A stretch of 64,000 nt of DNA from Alphaproteobacteria bacterium (lineage in GTDB: Bacteria; Pseudomonadota; Alphaproteobacteria; MPNO01; UBA830): NCBI GenBank assembly GCA_964291215.2, contig OZ219790.1:1952001-2016000 (forward strand). The letters are read 5' to 3'. Below, in pieces: positions 19,964 to 31,010 of this stretch (within the stretch, counting starts at the first letter, position 1; each line of letters starts with the position of its first letter). The notes under the pieces were generated by a model. That model was not told where the DNA came from. It worked only from the letters and a program-made list of their open reading frames with translations, and did no database searches. Made by a program: the position numbers and the translations under genes.

Positions 19964-20767
19964 ATGACCAAAAGATTCTCGGAACGGCACGGCTATCGAC
20001 CAACCGCTCCAAAGATCACAGTTCGTGAGGATGCTCCCCCGGAACTGCGTGGCGTTATTCCCTTGATTGCTGAAGAGGCAGGCATGAAGCCATCCGTCAT
20101 GCGGAAGGTGATTTGTAAAGTCTTGCTGGTGCCTCCCGACCTGAGCAATTGGTCCGATTACCCAAACATCTTCGAGGAGGTCACTCTGCTTATTCAAGAG
20201 GCCTCTTGGTACAAGATTTACGACATAGCCGAGGCTCTTTATGCGAAACTCGCCGTAAAAGGCCCGCCGCTGGAACCTTCTGAGCCGGCAAACAAGTTCG
20301 TGCGGCTCCTGAACGAATTCTTCGTAGAAAACGGCATCGGTTGGGAACTCCGCAACGGCCAGATCATTCGCAGAGGCTCGGATACTTTCGCCAAGAGTAC
20401 GCGTGAAGTTCCTGACCGTTTGGAAAAGAAAGGCTTTCAACGCACTGCAAAAGAAATGCGCGAGGCCCTGATAGACATTTCTCGTCGTCCGGAGCCGGAC
20501 ATCACCGGCGCCATTCAACATGCGATGGCGGCCCTTGAGGCAACCGCGCGCGAGATAAGCAGCCAACCCAATTTGACCTTGGGCAAGCTCGTGTCCAAAC
20601 TTGATTTGCCAACGCCTCTCGATCAAGCCGTGCACAAACTATGGGGCTATGCTTCCGAGTACGCTCGCCACATCCACGAGGGGAAGTCCATTGATGACTC
20701 CGAAGCCGAATTGATTGTTGCAATCGCCGGTTCGCTTTGCGCGTTTTTGGTTCAGCGCGACTCCTGA
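19964..20767 (+). CDS. AbiJ-related protein (AbiJ N-terminal domain plus HEPN-like C-terminus)
   Basis: MTKRFSERHGY...REDAPPELR, WYKIYDIAE, LNEFFVENGIGW, AIQHAMAALEA and KLWGYASEYARH. Confidence 0.75.
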   Translation: MTKRFSERHGYRPTAPKITVREDAPPELRGVIPLIAEEAGMKPSVMRKVICKVLLVPPDLSNWSDYPNIFEEVTLLIQEASWYKIYDIAEALYAKLAVKGPPLEPSEPANKFVRLLNEFFVENGIGWELRNGQIIRRGSDTFAKSTREVPDRLEKKGFQRTAKEMREALIDISRRPEPDITGAIQHAMAALEATAREISSQPNLTLGKLVSKLDLPTPLDQAVHKLWGYASEYARHIHEGKSIDDSEAELIVAIAGSLCAFLVQRDS

Positions 20768-20948
20768 TTTCGATGTCTTCTTTGGTGCTGGGTGCCCATG
20801 GTTTGGGGTTCGTTACCGAATATCTGCCAGTGGCGTTTTGTGAGTACGCTGCGTTGGCTTAATCGACACCCTCACGGTCCCGGGGCGCGAAACACCCCCC
20901 CCCCCTTTCCGATGCGAGTCGCCGAATGTGAATTTCACCAGAATACGG

Positions 20949-22316
20949 TTATATCCAGTCCAAGTCAGGGCGTTTTCGAGGCGCACCCGAGACACATGCC
21001 GATTTCGTACCATCTGATTGCTCCATATCCTTGGTTCTGACCCAAAGAGGAACTCGCTCTCTTTCTGGCGCAGCTGGCTTTCCGGGACTTTGGAGCTCGG
21101 GCGTGGCGCTCAATACATCGTCCGTTTCGTCTGACAACGATGGTAACTCGGCTTCGTATCCCATCGCTCGCGCTATGACGGCAGCGGCCTGCGCTGCGGC
21201 GGCGCGTAATGCGCCATCGTCGAGATGGGCGTAGATCGCCGTGGTCTCGCGCTGGCGGTGTCCGAGAAGTCGGCCGACGGTGGTGAGCCCCACACCGCTC
21301 ATTACGCCCTGCGAGGCCCAAGTGTGGCGGCAGTCGTGGATGCGAAGACCCGGAAGCCCCGCTTCCTCGCGGATGCCGCACCAGAAGGTGTAAAGCCGGT
21401 CCGACGTGAGGTCTTCGGGGAATACGCGGGCGCAGCCATTGATGCGCGGCAGCACGGCGAGCAGGCCAGCCGCCTCCGGCCCGAGCCAGATGGTGCGCTG
21501 CCCGGTTTTCGAGTCTTCGATGCGCGCACTTGCACCATCCTTGCCAAGCTCGCCGCCCTCATCCCATTTGAGGTTGAGGATTTCGGAGAGGCGCGCCCCG
21601 GTGAGCGTCAGCAGCCGGACTGCTGTGACTGGCCAAAGGTGTTCCTGACGGTGGCGCTCCAGCACCGTGCCGAGACGCTCCAACTCTTCGCGGTTGAGGT
21701 AACGCGCGACGGGCTTGCGAGGATTCTTCACGATATTGGCGCAGGCATCGGGGACATGCTCACCAATATCGCCCCACTGGCGGGCCGTCCTGAGCATGGC
21801 GCGCAGGATCTCGAACGCGCGGTTGGCTGCACCGGGCTTGTCCGCACTCGCGGAGTCGAACCACGCCGAGACGCGGGCATGGTCGATGGCGTCGAGCCGG
21901 AGCCTGCCGAAGTGCGGTGCCAGGCGGTTTCTCATGTAGACATCGAAGGTCTCCAGTGACGACGGCTTCCAGCGATGCCGGCGACGCTCGCGGTAATGCT
22001 TGGCGAAGTCCCGGAACAGCGGCGCCTTCTTCTTGCGCATCGGCGTCACCTCCTCGCCGCCCCACAGGCGGGCGAGCACAGCCGCGCCTTCCCGGCGAGC
22101 CGTATCAAGGGGCAGTTCGGGAAAACGGCCGAGGGTGATCTTGCGCATGCGTCCCCGGACGCGGGTCTGGACAATCCAGGAGCGCACTCCCGAGGGCTGC
22201 ACACGGACCCCGAAATGGGCGAGCAGACTGTCCCAGAGGGTGTATTCCCGTTCCGCTGGCTTCGCGGCAGCGACGGCCTTCACGGTGAGCCGCACCCGGT
22301 GCTTTCCGCGGTTCAT
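20949..22316 (-). CDS. Tyrosine recombinase/integrase with arm-binding domain (second of the tandem pair)
   Basis: LWDSLLAHFGVRVQPSGVRSW...KITLGRFP. Catalytic R (TGARLSEI), K (DSKTG), HxxR (IHDCRH), H (LGH) and Y (AIYAH) all present. Confidence 0.93.
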   Translation of the reverse strand: MNRGKHRVRLTVKAVAAAKPAEREYTLWDSLLAHFGVRVQPSGVRSWIVQTRVRGRMRKITLGRFPELPLDTARREGAAVLARLWGGEEVTPMRKKKAPLFRDFAKHYRERRRHRWKPSSLETFDVYMRNRLAPHFGRLRLDAIDHARVSAWFDSASADKPGAANRAFEILRAMLRTARQWGDIGEHVPDACANIVKNPRKPVARYLNREELERLGTVLERHRQEHLWPVTAVRLLTLTGARLSEILNLKWDEGGELGKDGASARIEDSKTGQRTIWLGPEAAGLLAVLPRINGCARVFPEDLTSDRLYTFWCGIREEAGLPGLRIHDCRHTWASQGVMSGVGLTTVGRLLGHRQRETTAIYAHLDDGALRAAAAQAAAVIARAMGYEAELPSLSDETDDVLSATPELQSPGKPAAPERERVPLWVRTKDMEQSDGTKSACVSGAPRKRPDLDWI

Positions 22317-23455
22317 CGTGCGCTCTCCTTCCCGTTGCCGGTCATGGCGCTATGGACGATGCCGGAGATGCGCCCGGCCGCCTCGCGGACATGCTCATCA
22401 GCGAGATGGGCGTAGCGTTCGGTGGAGGCGGTGTCGGCGTGGCCAAGCAGGCGGCCGACGGTGTAGAGGTCGAGGCCGCTCATCACGGCATAGGAGGCGA
22501 ACGTGTGCCGGCAGTCGTGAATGCGCACATCGTCCAGCCCGGCGAGATTGCGCAGTTTCCGCCAGCGCAGCCCGAGGTCGGCCATCGGGCCGTCGCTATT
22601 CCGGTTCGGGAAGACGAAGCATCCTTCACGCGGCAGGCTGCTCAGAACGGCCCGTGCAGGCGGTGGAAGCTGGATCGCCTTCGGCCCAGTCTTGGAATCG
22701 GGCAACACCGCGCGAGTGTCGCGTATCCAGTCCCATTGCAGGCCGACGATCTCGGACGACCGCGCGCCGGTGAAGAGCAGCAGGCGAATCGCGGCGGCAG
22801 CCTGCCGGTCCTCCGCATGGTCGAGCACGAAGCCGAGGCGCTTCAACTCGTCCAGCGACAGGAACCGCTCGCGCGGCGTTGTCTTGTAGCGCCGCATGTT
22901 GCGGCAGGGGTTCGATCCCTGCGGGCGAATATCCCAGAGCTCCGCCTGCCGCATCATCACCGACAGCACCGGCAGGATCCGGTTGGCGTTGCTGGGGGTG
23001 CCGCTGAGGGAATCGAACCAGCGCTGCACATCGGCGCGCTCGATCTTCGCGACGCGCATCGTGCCGAAGAAGGGCACGATGTAGCGGTCGATCAGGTGGG
23101 CGTTGCCCGCCCTCGTGGAGGGCTTCCAGCGCCTTCCCTGACGGCGCATGAAGTCGGCCGCGAAATCGGCGAACAGCAGGCCGCTCTCGCGCACGGTCTT
23201 GGCTTCGGCGATGGCGGCAATGGCCTTCTCTCTTGCCTCGGCGGCGGTCATATCGTCGGCGGTGCCGAGGACGGTCTTCGATGCGCCGACGGGTCGCAGG
23301 GCCCGGACGAAGAAGGTCTTCGTCCCGTTCCTGGCGACGGTGAAGCCAAAGGCGGGCAGGTCCCTGTCGATGACGGTCAGGCCGTATCGTCCGGGTTTCT
23401 TCTCCTTGAAGGTGCGGCGGACCGTCCGATCGTTGATGGTGGCGTGGATGCGCAT
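22313..23455 (-). CDS. Tyrosine recombinase/integrase with arm-binding domain (first of the tandem pair)
   Basis: RBS GGAG before ATG at 23455; TGARSSEI, DSKTG, IHDCRH, LLGH and ERYAH. Stop overlaps the next start (ATGA). Confidence 0.93.
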   Translation of the reverse strand: MRIHATINDRTVRRTFKEKKPGRYGLTVIDRDLPAFGFTVARNGTKTFFVRALRPVGASKTVLGTADDMTAAEAREKAIAAIAEAKTVRESGLLFADFAADFMRRQGRRWKPSTRAGNAHLIDRYIVPFFGTMRVAKIERADVQRWFDSLSGTPSNANRILPVLSVMMRQAELWDIRPQGSNPCRNMRRYKTTPRERFLSLDELKRLGFVLDHAEDRQAAAAIRLLLFTGARSSEIVGLQWDWIRDTRAVLPDSKTGPKAIQLPPPARAVLSSLPREGCFVFPNRNSDGPMADLGLRWRKLRNLAGLDDVRIHDCRHTFASYAVMSGLDLYTVGRLLGHADTASTERYAHLADEHVREAAGRISGIVHSAMTGNGKESAR

Positions 23456-23659
23456 GGGCGTGTCTCCGTTGTCTGTTTCCTCGGGTGCCGTCCGTCCCAA
23501 GGGAACAAAACGGCGGTTTTGAACGGACAGCACGCCCCGCACACGGGATCGCGGCCAGTGAACGGATCTGGCCTAACCATCTGTCAGATAAAGGAAAACT
23601 CCCGACCGATGCAGGCCGGATTGTCCTCGCTCTTTGCGCCCCAGGCGCGTGGGGTGTGA

Positions 23660-24041
23660 GCGCGCTTGGAGGGCGCTTGTGCGCCTCGACCCCGGGGCAG
23701 ACAAGCGCGGGACGTTCCTCGCCTTCGGTCCCGCGCACGGGCGGGCGGAGAGCGGCTTGGGGCAGCTGTTCGACCACGGCCTGCCCGCGGCGGCGGACAG
23801 AACGGCGGCGGCAGAGGCCGGGAGCCGCCTGGAGGCGGAGGTGGGGCACGGGTTCGGCCTTGCCGGTCCGGGGCCGCTGGCGGTGCTCACCCCCTGGGCC
23901 GGGCTCTGCCTGGCGGAGGGGCGCACCCTGCGGCTCGGCGCGCGCTACCGCCTCTGCGCGGGGCTCTCCCTCGGCCTCGAGGGCGCGCACCGGCCGGGCC
24001 CCGAAGACAGCCTCATGCTGCGCGGCGCGCTGCGATGGTAG
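23660..24041 (+). pseudogene. C-terminal remnant of an autotransporter-like outer-membrane beta-barrel protein
   Basis: VRLDPGADKRG, RLEAEVGHGFG, LTPWAGL, LRLGARY and LSLGLEG amphipathic strands, ending LRGALRW (terminal aromatic). No credible start. Confidence 0.6.
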
Positions 24042-24549
24042 GAAAACGCCCGGCGTGTCCTGATCCTGCCGATGGCGGCGCGGCGCTTCATCCGGGCGAA
24101 CCTGTCGCAAGCATCGGTGGCGGCGCCATTCGCTCATGAAGGACCGGACCGGTTGCGACGGGCGTCGCACGTGGAGATCGTCATGCGCAAGCGTTCCGCC
24201 AGACCCGTGGAGCAAACTCTGGAACAAACCTCGCAAGTACGTCTGGTCCCTCGGAAGGGATTGGCGGCGCACCCTCAACCGATAGAATCCAGGCGACCGG
24301 GCATGCGTGCAACCGTGCTGACGTGAGCATGGCCTTTTTCACGGTCTGGCGGAACGCTTGCCGTCATGCCCTTCGGGCGATGGACCGTTTGTCGGCATGC
24401 GCGAGCCGGCAACGCCTCTTTTCGGATCGATCCGGTCTCGGGCCGCTATCTGGAAACAGGCTTGATTTGCCGAAAGCCGGGAAAAACCAGTAAAATCAGT
24501 GTTGTATAGAATATTTAAAATATCCTGCAACATTGGGGGCAAGGGGGAC

Positions 24550-25112
24550 ATGGCAGCGACATGGACCTCCGACAGCTGGATGCGCTCGCAGGTGCGGCGC
24601 TGGGTCCCGAAGGCGGAGGCGCTTGCCGACGGCGGCTGGCGCGAGTTCGTGCCGCGCGCCCTGGCCGGAGAGTGATCGGGAGGTGCGAAGCGCTGCTCCA
24701 CGGCCACCCGCCGCTGTTCGAAGCCGCGTGCAGGCCGCAGCCGAGGACATCGTCAACAGGGGCCCGGAGGTTCCGCGCCGACGCTCCGGAGGAAGACGCA
24801 CGCAAATTGCGACCGTCAACCTCGACAGCCTCGAGAACCCGCGCCCGGTCGGCTGCCTGTGCCTCGAGGCGCGATCTCGGCTTCACGACCTCGGCATCAC
24901 GAGTGCGCTGATCGTCGCCAGGATGATCCGCCAGCGAGCGCTGGCTGCGCGATGACAGCGCGGCCGCGGAGCTTCTGGAGCGCAAGGCGCGCAAGACGCT
25001 GTACCGCATCGGCGACCTGCGTCACCGGGCCGCCATCCGGAAGGGGCTGTTCAACCACGAGCGCGCGCTGCATCCCCGACACCATCGCCTTTTGCGATCT
25101 CGCCAATGTTCA
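24550..25112 (+). pseudogene. Eroded gene of unknown function
   Basis: AT-rich upstream stretch and AGGGGG before ATG at 24550. Protein-like pieces in changing frames (MAATWTSDSW..., LLERKARKTLYRIGDL...). Family not recognised. Confidence 0.3.
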
Positions 25113-25428
25113 CGGCCGCGCCACCAGCAGGTCCATGCCGGGCGCGAGCGCCGGCACGCCCCCGGAGCGCGCGGCTCGGGCGCATGTTTGCGTAGAGTTC
25201 CAGCCGGGTGCGGACGGCGGCGCTCGGATTGACGCCGCCCTCCTCCGGCGGCGGATAAGCGGCCGTATCGACCGGCCCCAGAATGGTGAGGTCCGCGGCG
25301 CGCACCGCCGCCTCTGCCGCATCCGGCCACATCGTCCCCGTCCCGCTCCAGCGCATCGAGGCCGACGCGGCCTTCCGAGAGCCGCAATCCGAGCGCGAAG
25401 CGGGTATCCAGCGCCTCCAACGCGCGCC
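25113..25428 (-). pseudogene. Isocitrate/isopropylmalate dehydrogenase family gene, internal fragment
   Basis: LEALDTRFALGL, AADLTILGPV, GVNPSAAVRTRLELYANMRPSR and GMDLLVAR; continues the fragment at 32906-32964. Confidence 0.8.
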
Positions 25429-25507
25429 GGGTACTGTAACTTAATGTCTGGAAATTTGTCTGAGGTTTGCGCTTTGAGGCGTTTCACTGGGGGGGGGGGG
25501 GCTAGCC

Positions 25508-27465
25508 CTCGCATGTCACGGAAATTTTAGCTGACAACGGTGTTTCGGCGTGGCATAAGTGTCCCATGTCACAGATCAGCCGCACATTGCGGGACGAGGC
25601 AGCAGTTGCGCGGATCGCGTCGCTGCTGTCCTGTGAGCAGTTCGACAGCCGGTCGGCTCTGGGTCGTCTGCGAGGAGTTTGCCTTTGTCGACGCGCGCGG
25701 CCGTCTGCAGCTTGCCGGCTGCATGAAGGCGCTGAGGGCGCCCGGAGATCGTCCTGCCGGTGCCGAAGTCACCGACAATCGACCGCCGGCCTCGCCTGTT
25801 GGTATCGCTGCAGAGGTTCCGGCGCGCGCATTCGGGATCTCGAGATCATCGTGGTCGGGGATCGTATTGACCGAGCGGTCACGCTGATTGCGCGTGAACA
25901 CCCGCGACGACCTTCGCCGGCTGCCAATATCTCGTGGGCTCGGCGCACGGGTGGCGGGGTTTGCCGCCGCCGCGCGGCGCGGGACCGCTGGATGGAACGA
26001 CGGGCAGCGCCGGAACCACCTGCAGCGGATCGTCTGTCTGAGCCGTTTCTTGATCAGGTGCTCTGCCCGCCCAGCCATGTGCGCATCCTGCGCCGCGTGA
26101 CTTCGAGGACCGTTTCGACCATGGCTCAGTTTTGCCGATGAAGGTTACCCTGCCTGCGCGCGGCCAACTTCCTGTGCAGGACCGAAGGCCGGCAGGACTG
26201 GGAGACGGTGAAGACGGTCTTCGTGGCCGAACTGGAGCGCGCAGGAAGCTGGGGAGGTCGATCATGCGCCCTCGCCGGGCGAAGGTCTGAACGACTGGGC
26301 GCAGAACGAGTTTGGAGGGGGGTGACAAGCGACTTTCTGCGCGCCTGGAGCGCCAGCCTTCTGGCGGCCGGTCAGAAGATCAATGCGTCTCCCAGCGCCG
26401 ACAACACCGCGATCAATGCGTTTTACCGGATGGTCGCCCTCGGAGATCACGCCGGCGAACATTCTTGCGCCGCACCGTGAGCGCAGCATCCGGCGCATCC
26501 GTGGCCAGAAGACGGTTCTTGCGGCACGGACCTGAACTTCTCCCGGCCTGCAGGTGAGAACCAGACCGGGGCCTGCACGCGACCCTGGCGGTGACTGACC
26601 TGCCACTCGGGGTGCTGGGTCCGGTGAAGCCCCGGTCGCAGGAGACACGCCGCAGCTCGAGGGGTTCAAGGCGCTGCCACCCCGGCGGCAAGACGCGCGT
26701 CATCTCCGTCGGGAAGCCGACATCTTCGAGCTGTTCGACACGCGCTTGCCCCGCGTCGATCTGCGCGCCAAGCATGACAGGGTGCTGAAGGAGGGAAGGC
26801 TGTTCGCCGTCATGGCCGGCGGCCTGATTGAGATCGAGGGACTGACGGAGCAAGCCAGCCGGAAGAAGGCCCGCGCGACAGAAGCGCCTGGCGAGTTGCG
26901 GTCCGTCACCCGTGACGGGCACCGCCCCCAGCGCGAAGCCGGTGTCCCTGCACGGGGTCAGGGAGCGCCCGAGGGTGAGGATCCCGGTGCCTGCTGACCA
27001 CCGTGCGGGTTGGCGAAGGAGGCGGCCGACATCGTCGGCTTCTACCTTCAGCGCTGGCGAATCGAGGATTACGTGCTCAAATCCGGATGCAGGGTGGAAC
27101 ACCTGCTGTTCCGCACCGCCTGCAGCGGGCGATCAACGCCGTCATCGCATGGCGCATCATGGTCATGACCCTGCTCGGCCGCCAGGTGCGAGCCGCAGCT
27201 GATGTTCACCGACAGCGAACTCGCCTTCCTGCGCGACTACGCACACAAGTACGCCCTGAAGGAACCGGAGCGTCTCGCCGATGCGGTGCACCTGGTCGCC
27301 CATCTCGGCGGCTACCGCAGCACGCCCGGGTCACCAGATCATGTGGCCAGACACACCAGCGCCGCACTGGGTCACCAAATCGGCCGGGAAATCGGGTTCC
27401 GGGATGGACAAAGACACGCGTGAACACGTAAACCATTGTCAACCAGATTTGTCATGACACGGCAG
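25508..27465 (+). mobile_element. IS4-family (IS50/Tn5-like) element with DUF4338-like N-terminal region, degraded
   Basis: TIR CTCGCATGTCACGGAAAT / CTGCCGTGTCATGACAAAT (rc). 8-bp TSD GGCTAGCC (25500-25507, 27466-27473). Fragments RIVCLSRFLIR, EADIFELF, YLQRWRIED, LKSGCRVE, AVIAWRIMVMTLLGR and VAHLGGY. Confidence 0.85.
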
Positions 27466-27599
27466 GGCTAGCCCCCCAGTGAAACGCGGCGCCATCGTGC
27501 TATCCCATGGAGTTGCAAAACCTTCATGGAGGAAGCGAATGGACCTGCGACACACTACGACGATCGGGACTGTTTTGGAACATCTGATCGCAAACGGAG

Positions 27600-30500
27600 C
27601 ACGGCGATCCCACGCTAGTGTTATGTCAGCAATGATATGTCGTACATTTGGTGCTAGACTGTCCGTCCATTCGGGATGGAGGTCGGAGTATGAAACGCTA
27701 CGTGGTGACCCTGGACGAGGCGGAACGGAAAGAACTTTCGGAGATCACGACCAAGGGCTCGCACCTGTCGCAAAAGGTAATCAACGCCCTGATCCTGCTT
27801 AACTGCGACGAGGGCGCGTTCAATGAATGCCAGATGACCGGGAAGGTCATTGCTGAGATTCTGCGCATCAGCATGCGCAAAGTAGACCGAGTGAAGAAGC
27901 GTTTCGTTGAAGAGGGGCTAGAGGCGGCATTGGGTGGCCGGCAAGGACGCCGTCCTACCTATATGCGAAAAGCCGACGGCGTCTTCGAGGCGCGCTTGGT
28001 GGCCCTGAGTTGTGGTGAACCGCCCGAGGGTTACGCGCAATGGTCGTTGCGGCTGCTGGCCGACCGCGTTGTTGAGCTTGGTTACATTGATACCGTGTCA
28101 CACGAGACGGTGCGGCGTGTTCTAAAAAAAACTGCATCAAGCCATGGCAGCGGGTTGGGTGGGTAATTCCTCCTCAAGGGAATGCCGACTTCGCCGCGGC
28201 GAAGGTGCTCGATGTCTATCGCCGCCCCTATGATGCCGCCTTCCCCGTGGTCTGCATGGACGAAACGCCCCGACCGGCGAGACACGGCAACCGATCGCCA
28301 TGGCGCCGGGACGGCCAGCGCGTAACGACTACGAGTATCGACGTTGCGGCACCTGCAACGTCTTCACGGAACCCCTGGCCGGCAAGCGCATGACCAAGGT
28401 AACCGAGCGCAAGATCGACTGGGCGCAGTTCCTGGCCGACATCGCCGAGCGCTACCAGGATGCTACCACCATCACCCTGGTGATGGACAATCTCAACACT
28501 CCCCGGCGCCTTCTATGAGGCCTACCCGCCGGACGAGGCCAAGGCCTTGTGGGACCGCTTCGAGTTCGTCTACACCCCCAAGCACGGCAGTTGGCTGAAC
28601 GTGGTCGAACTCAACGTCATGATCCGCCAGTGCCTGAACCGCCGCATCGACTGCATCGAGGTGCTACGCCGGGAAGTTGCCGCCTGGCAGGCGACCGCAT
28701 CCAGGCCAAGGTGGATTGGCAGTTCACCACCGACGATGCCCGCGTGAAACTCAAACGTCTTTATTCGACATTTGACGAATGACAAGACACTAGGTTTGTT
28801 GGAAGGGTCGGTTTTGCTTGTTCAGGATGATTCGCATTTTCGCTGGCTTTTTGTGAAGCGACGTAGTATCCGTTGTCGTGGGGGCAGCGGATTTTTTTGA
28901 GACGACTCCGGAGGGTTTTGAGCTCCGGGATGTGGTTGTGCGCCTTGCGCGGCTTGATGTCGCTGGAACCGTGTTGTTGACCGTATCTTGGTTTCAAGCA
29001 GTTTGCCGGTCGAGGTCTGCGCTACGTGTTCACTTGGCGCGGGCGGTGGATTGGTGCTGCGGGCTGGCAGACGGGCGCCCTCAGCTGCGCACCCGTTGGA
29101 TTGGCTGGCGCCGCGAGGAACAGTTCAGGCGGTTGCCGGGAACAACACGAGGTTTGTTGTTCCTGGTGGTCGTTTCCGGGCCTTGCCTCGTTTGCGTTGT
29201 CGCGGATGGTGCGGCGGCGACTGGGAGGCTGCGCCATCCGTTGCTTGTTGCGGAGTCGTTTGTCTTGCCGACGAAGTTCAGCGGCACCATGTACAAGGCG
29301 GCGAACTGGGAGTGCGTTGGCAGGGGCCATGCGCGCGCCAGCGGGCGCTATACCGACCGGGGAGGCGAAGGATCTTTACGTGTTTCCGCTGCGTCGCGAT
29401 GTCGGCTGCGGGATCGTTCGCCGCTTCCTGTGGCGTGGGAGTTGCGGGCGCCGCTGGTCGGCGCAGGAGTTGCGCTCGATTTATCAGCGGCGCTTTCCGA
29501 CTTCCGGCGCGCGCAGGGGCACCGCATCGCCTCGGTGCTGTGCGTGATTTTGCTGGCTTGCGAACCGGCACGGTTGCGGCGGCGCACTACGCGATGACGC
29601 AGAAGGAGCTGGAGCAGCATGGAAGAACAGGGACACCGGCAAGTATGAGCCGGTCTCCAAATCGACCGTGCACCGGGTGCTGCAGAACACCGACCCGGGA
29701 TGGATCGAGGATGCTCTGCGGCGCTGGGCGCAGCCGCGCCTGGAGGTCGGCAACGCGGTCGACGGCAAGCGCATCCGCGGCCGCACCGGCGAGGATCATT
29801 ACGAGACAGTCTCGCTGGCCGGTATTCGATCCTCAACTATCACGACGGGGAGATCGCTGCTGTCCACGCCGCGACGGCACCGGTTGCCGGCCGTCTGCTC
29901 ACCCTCGACGCGCTCCACACCACCCGCGAGGCTGATCATCGAGACCCATCTCGCGGACTGATGGTCAAGGGCAACGCACCTTCGAGAGAGCATCAACTGG
30001 AAGACCGCCAGCGCTACAACGAAAAGCCCGCGCATGGCCGCCAGCGCACCATCTTCACCCCGCTGGCGAAGATGATCAACTAGTCAAGCAGATCTTCCGC
30101 GTCACCCGGCGCGTCGAATTCAAGAAATCCAGAAAACGGACAACCGAATACGCCATGACCTCGGCCGAACGCGCCTCGCCGCAACAGCTGCTCGCATGGA
30201 ATCGTGTACACTGGGTAGTCGAGAGCCATCATCATGTCCGCGATGCCACCTTCCGCGAAGACGACTCCATGCTCCGAACGCGCCCGCAAACAACGCGATC
30301 ACCCTCGCAATCGCCGTCATCATCCGCAACAAACGCAAGCTGCCCAAACCCTTCAACAGCTTCCCACTATGCCGACAAGCGCAAGCAGGTCCTGCACGCA
30401 ATCACAAGACCAGGCTGACCGCGCCTCTCTCCCCGACAGAAACTGCAAGCTTTCGAGCCCGGCAACCAAGACCTCTCGCTCGCCCCGGATACGCCGACCA

Positions 30501-30620
30501 ATCGCGCCCCGCACCGTAACAGCGCGTCAGCAAATCTCAAAATCGCAGCCTCAAACGCGTCGACCCGCGCCACGATCAGGACTCCGATCACATCACATCA
30601 ACAAGCATGGGATCACCTTG
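27600..30620 (+). mobile_element. ISAs1-family element with DUF4338-like N-terminal region, degraded
   Basis: TIR CACGGCGATCCCACGCT / CAAGGTGATCCCATGCT (rc). Perfect 10-bp TSD GCAAACGGAG (27590-27599, 30621-30630). Fragments WIGW, NNTRF, LVAESFV, GTMYKAANW, AVDGKRIRG, LTLDALHT, VKGN and RVHWVVESHHHVRDATFRED. Confidence 0.9.
27618..28790 (+). mobile_element. IS630-family element (orfA/orfB with A-run frameshift site; orfB degraded)
   Basis: TA duplication at 27616-17 and 28791-92 in a CTAG target. TIR GTGTTATGTCA / GTGTCTTGTCA (rc). WSLRLLAD, VSHETVRRVLKK, VCMDE, LVMDNLNT and YTPKHGSWLN. Confidence 0.92.
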
Positions 30621-31010
30621 GCAAACGGAGCAACGGATCTGGGGCGGATCTTTGGTCAGCTCTTCGAGCTTGCGATGCAAATCGAGCGCGAGCAGCACTT
30701 GAAAGCGGGCCACCGGACACCGGAACGACAGGGCTATGCCAACGGCTACAAACGGATCGACACCCCACTGTTACCGTTCAGGTGCCAAACGGTCACGGGG
30801 ACGACCCGTTCTATCCCCAGTCGCTTGAACGCGGCCAGCGATCTTCTCGCGCCGTGGCCGTAGCCGAGATGTACATCAAGGATGTTTCCACGCGGCAAGA
30901 TGTAATGCGCGAGTTCGGGAGCCTGTCCTCTTCTCAGGTCAGCCGGGCTACCAGGTTGCTTGATGAAGAACTCGCCGCGCAACCGGCCTCTGATGAAATA
31001 CCTGATCCTA

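Noticed and set aside
24042-24520. Short ORFs and possible att site right of the integrases
   Set aside because: No recognisable motif and no matching direct repeat found on the other side of the island.
25489-25501. Poly-G tract (also poly-C at about 20895-20905) as a phase-variation switch
   Set aside because: The G run lies in a dead IS end, where the other copy has six G, and the C run is intergenic between convergent genes. Slippage or sequencing error is more likely.
28120-28135. A-run frameshift in IS630 as a decay lesion
   Set aside because: A slippery A-run between orfA and orfB is a normal programmed-frameshift feature of IS630; it recurs at about 31581-31588.
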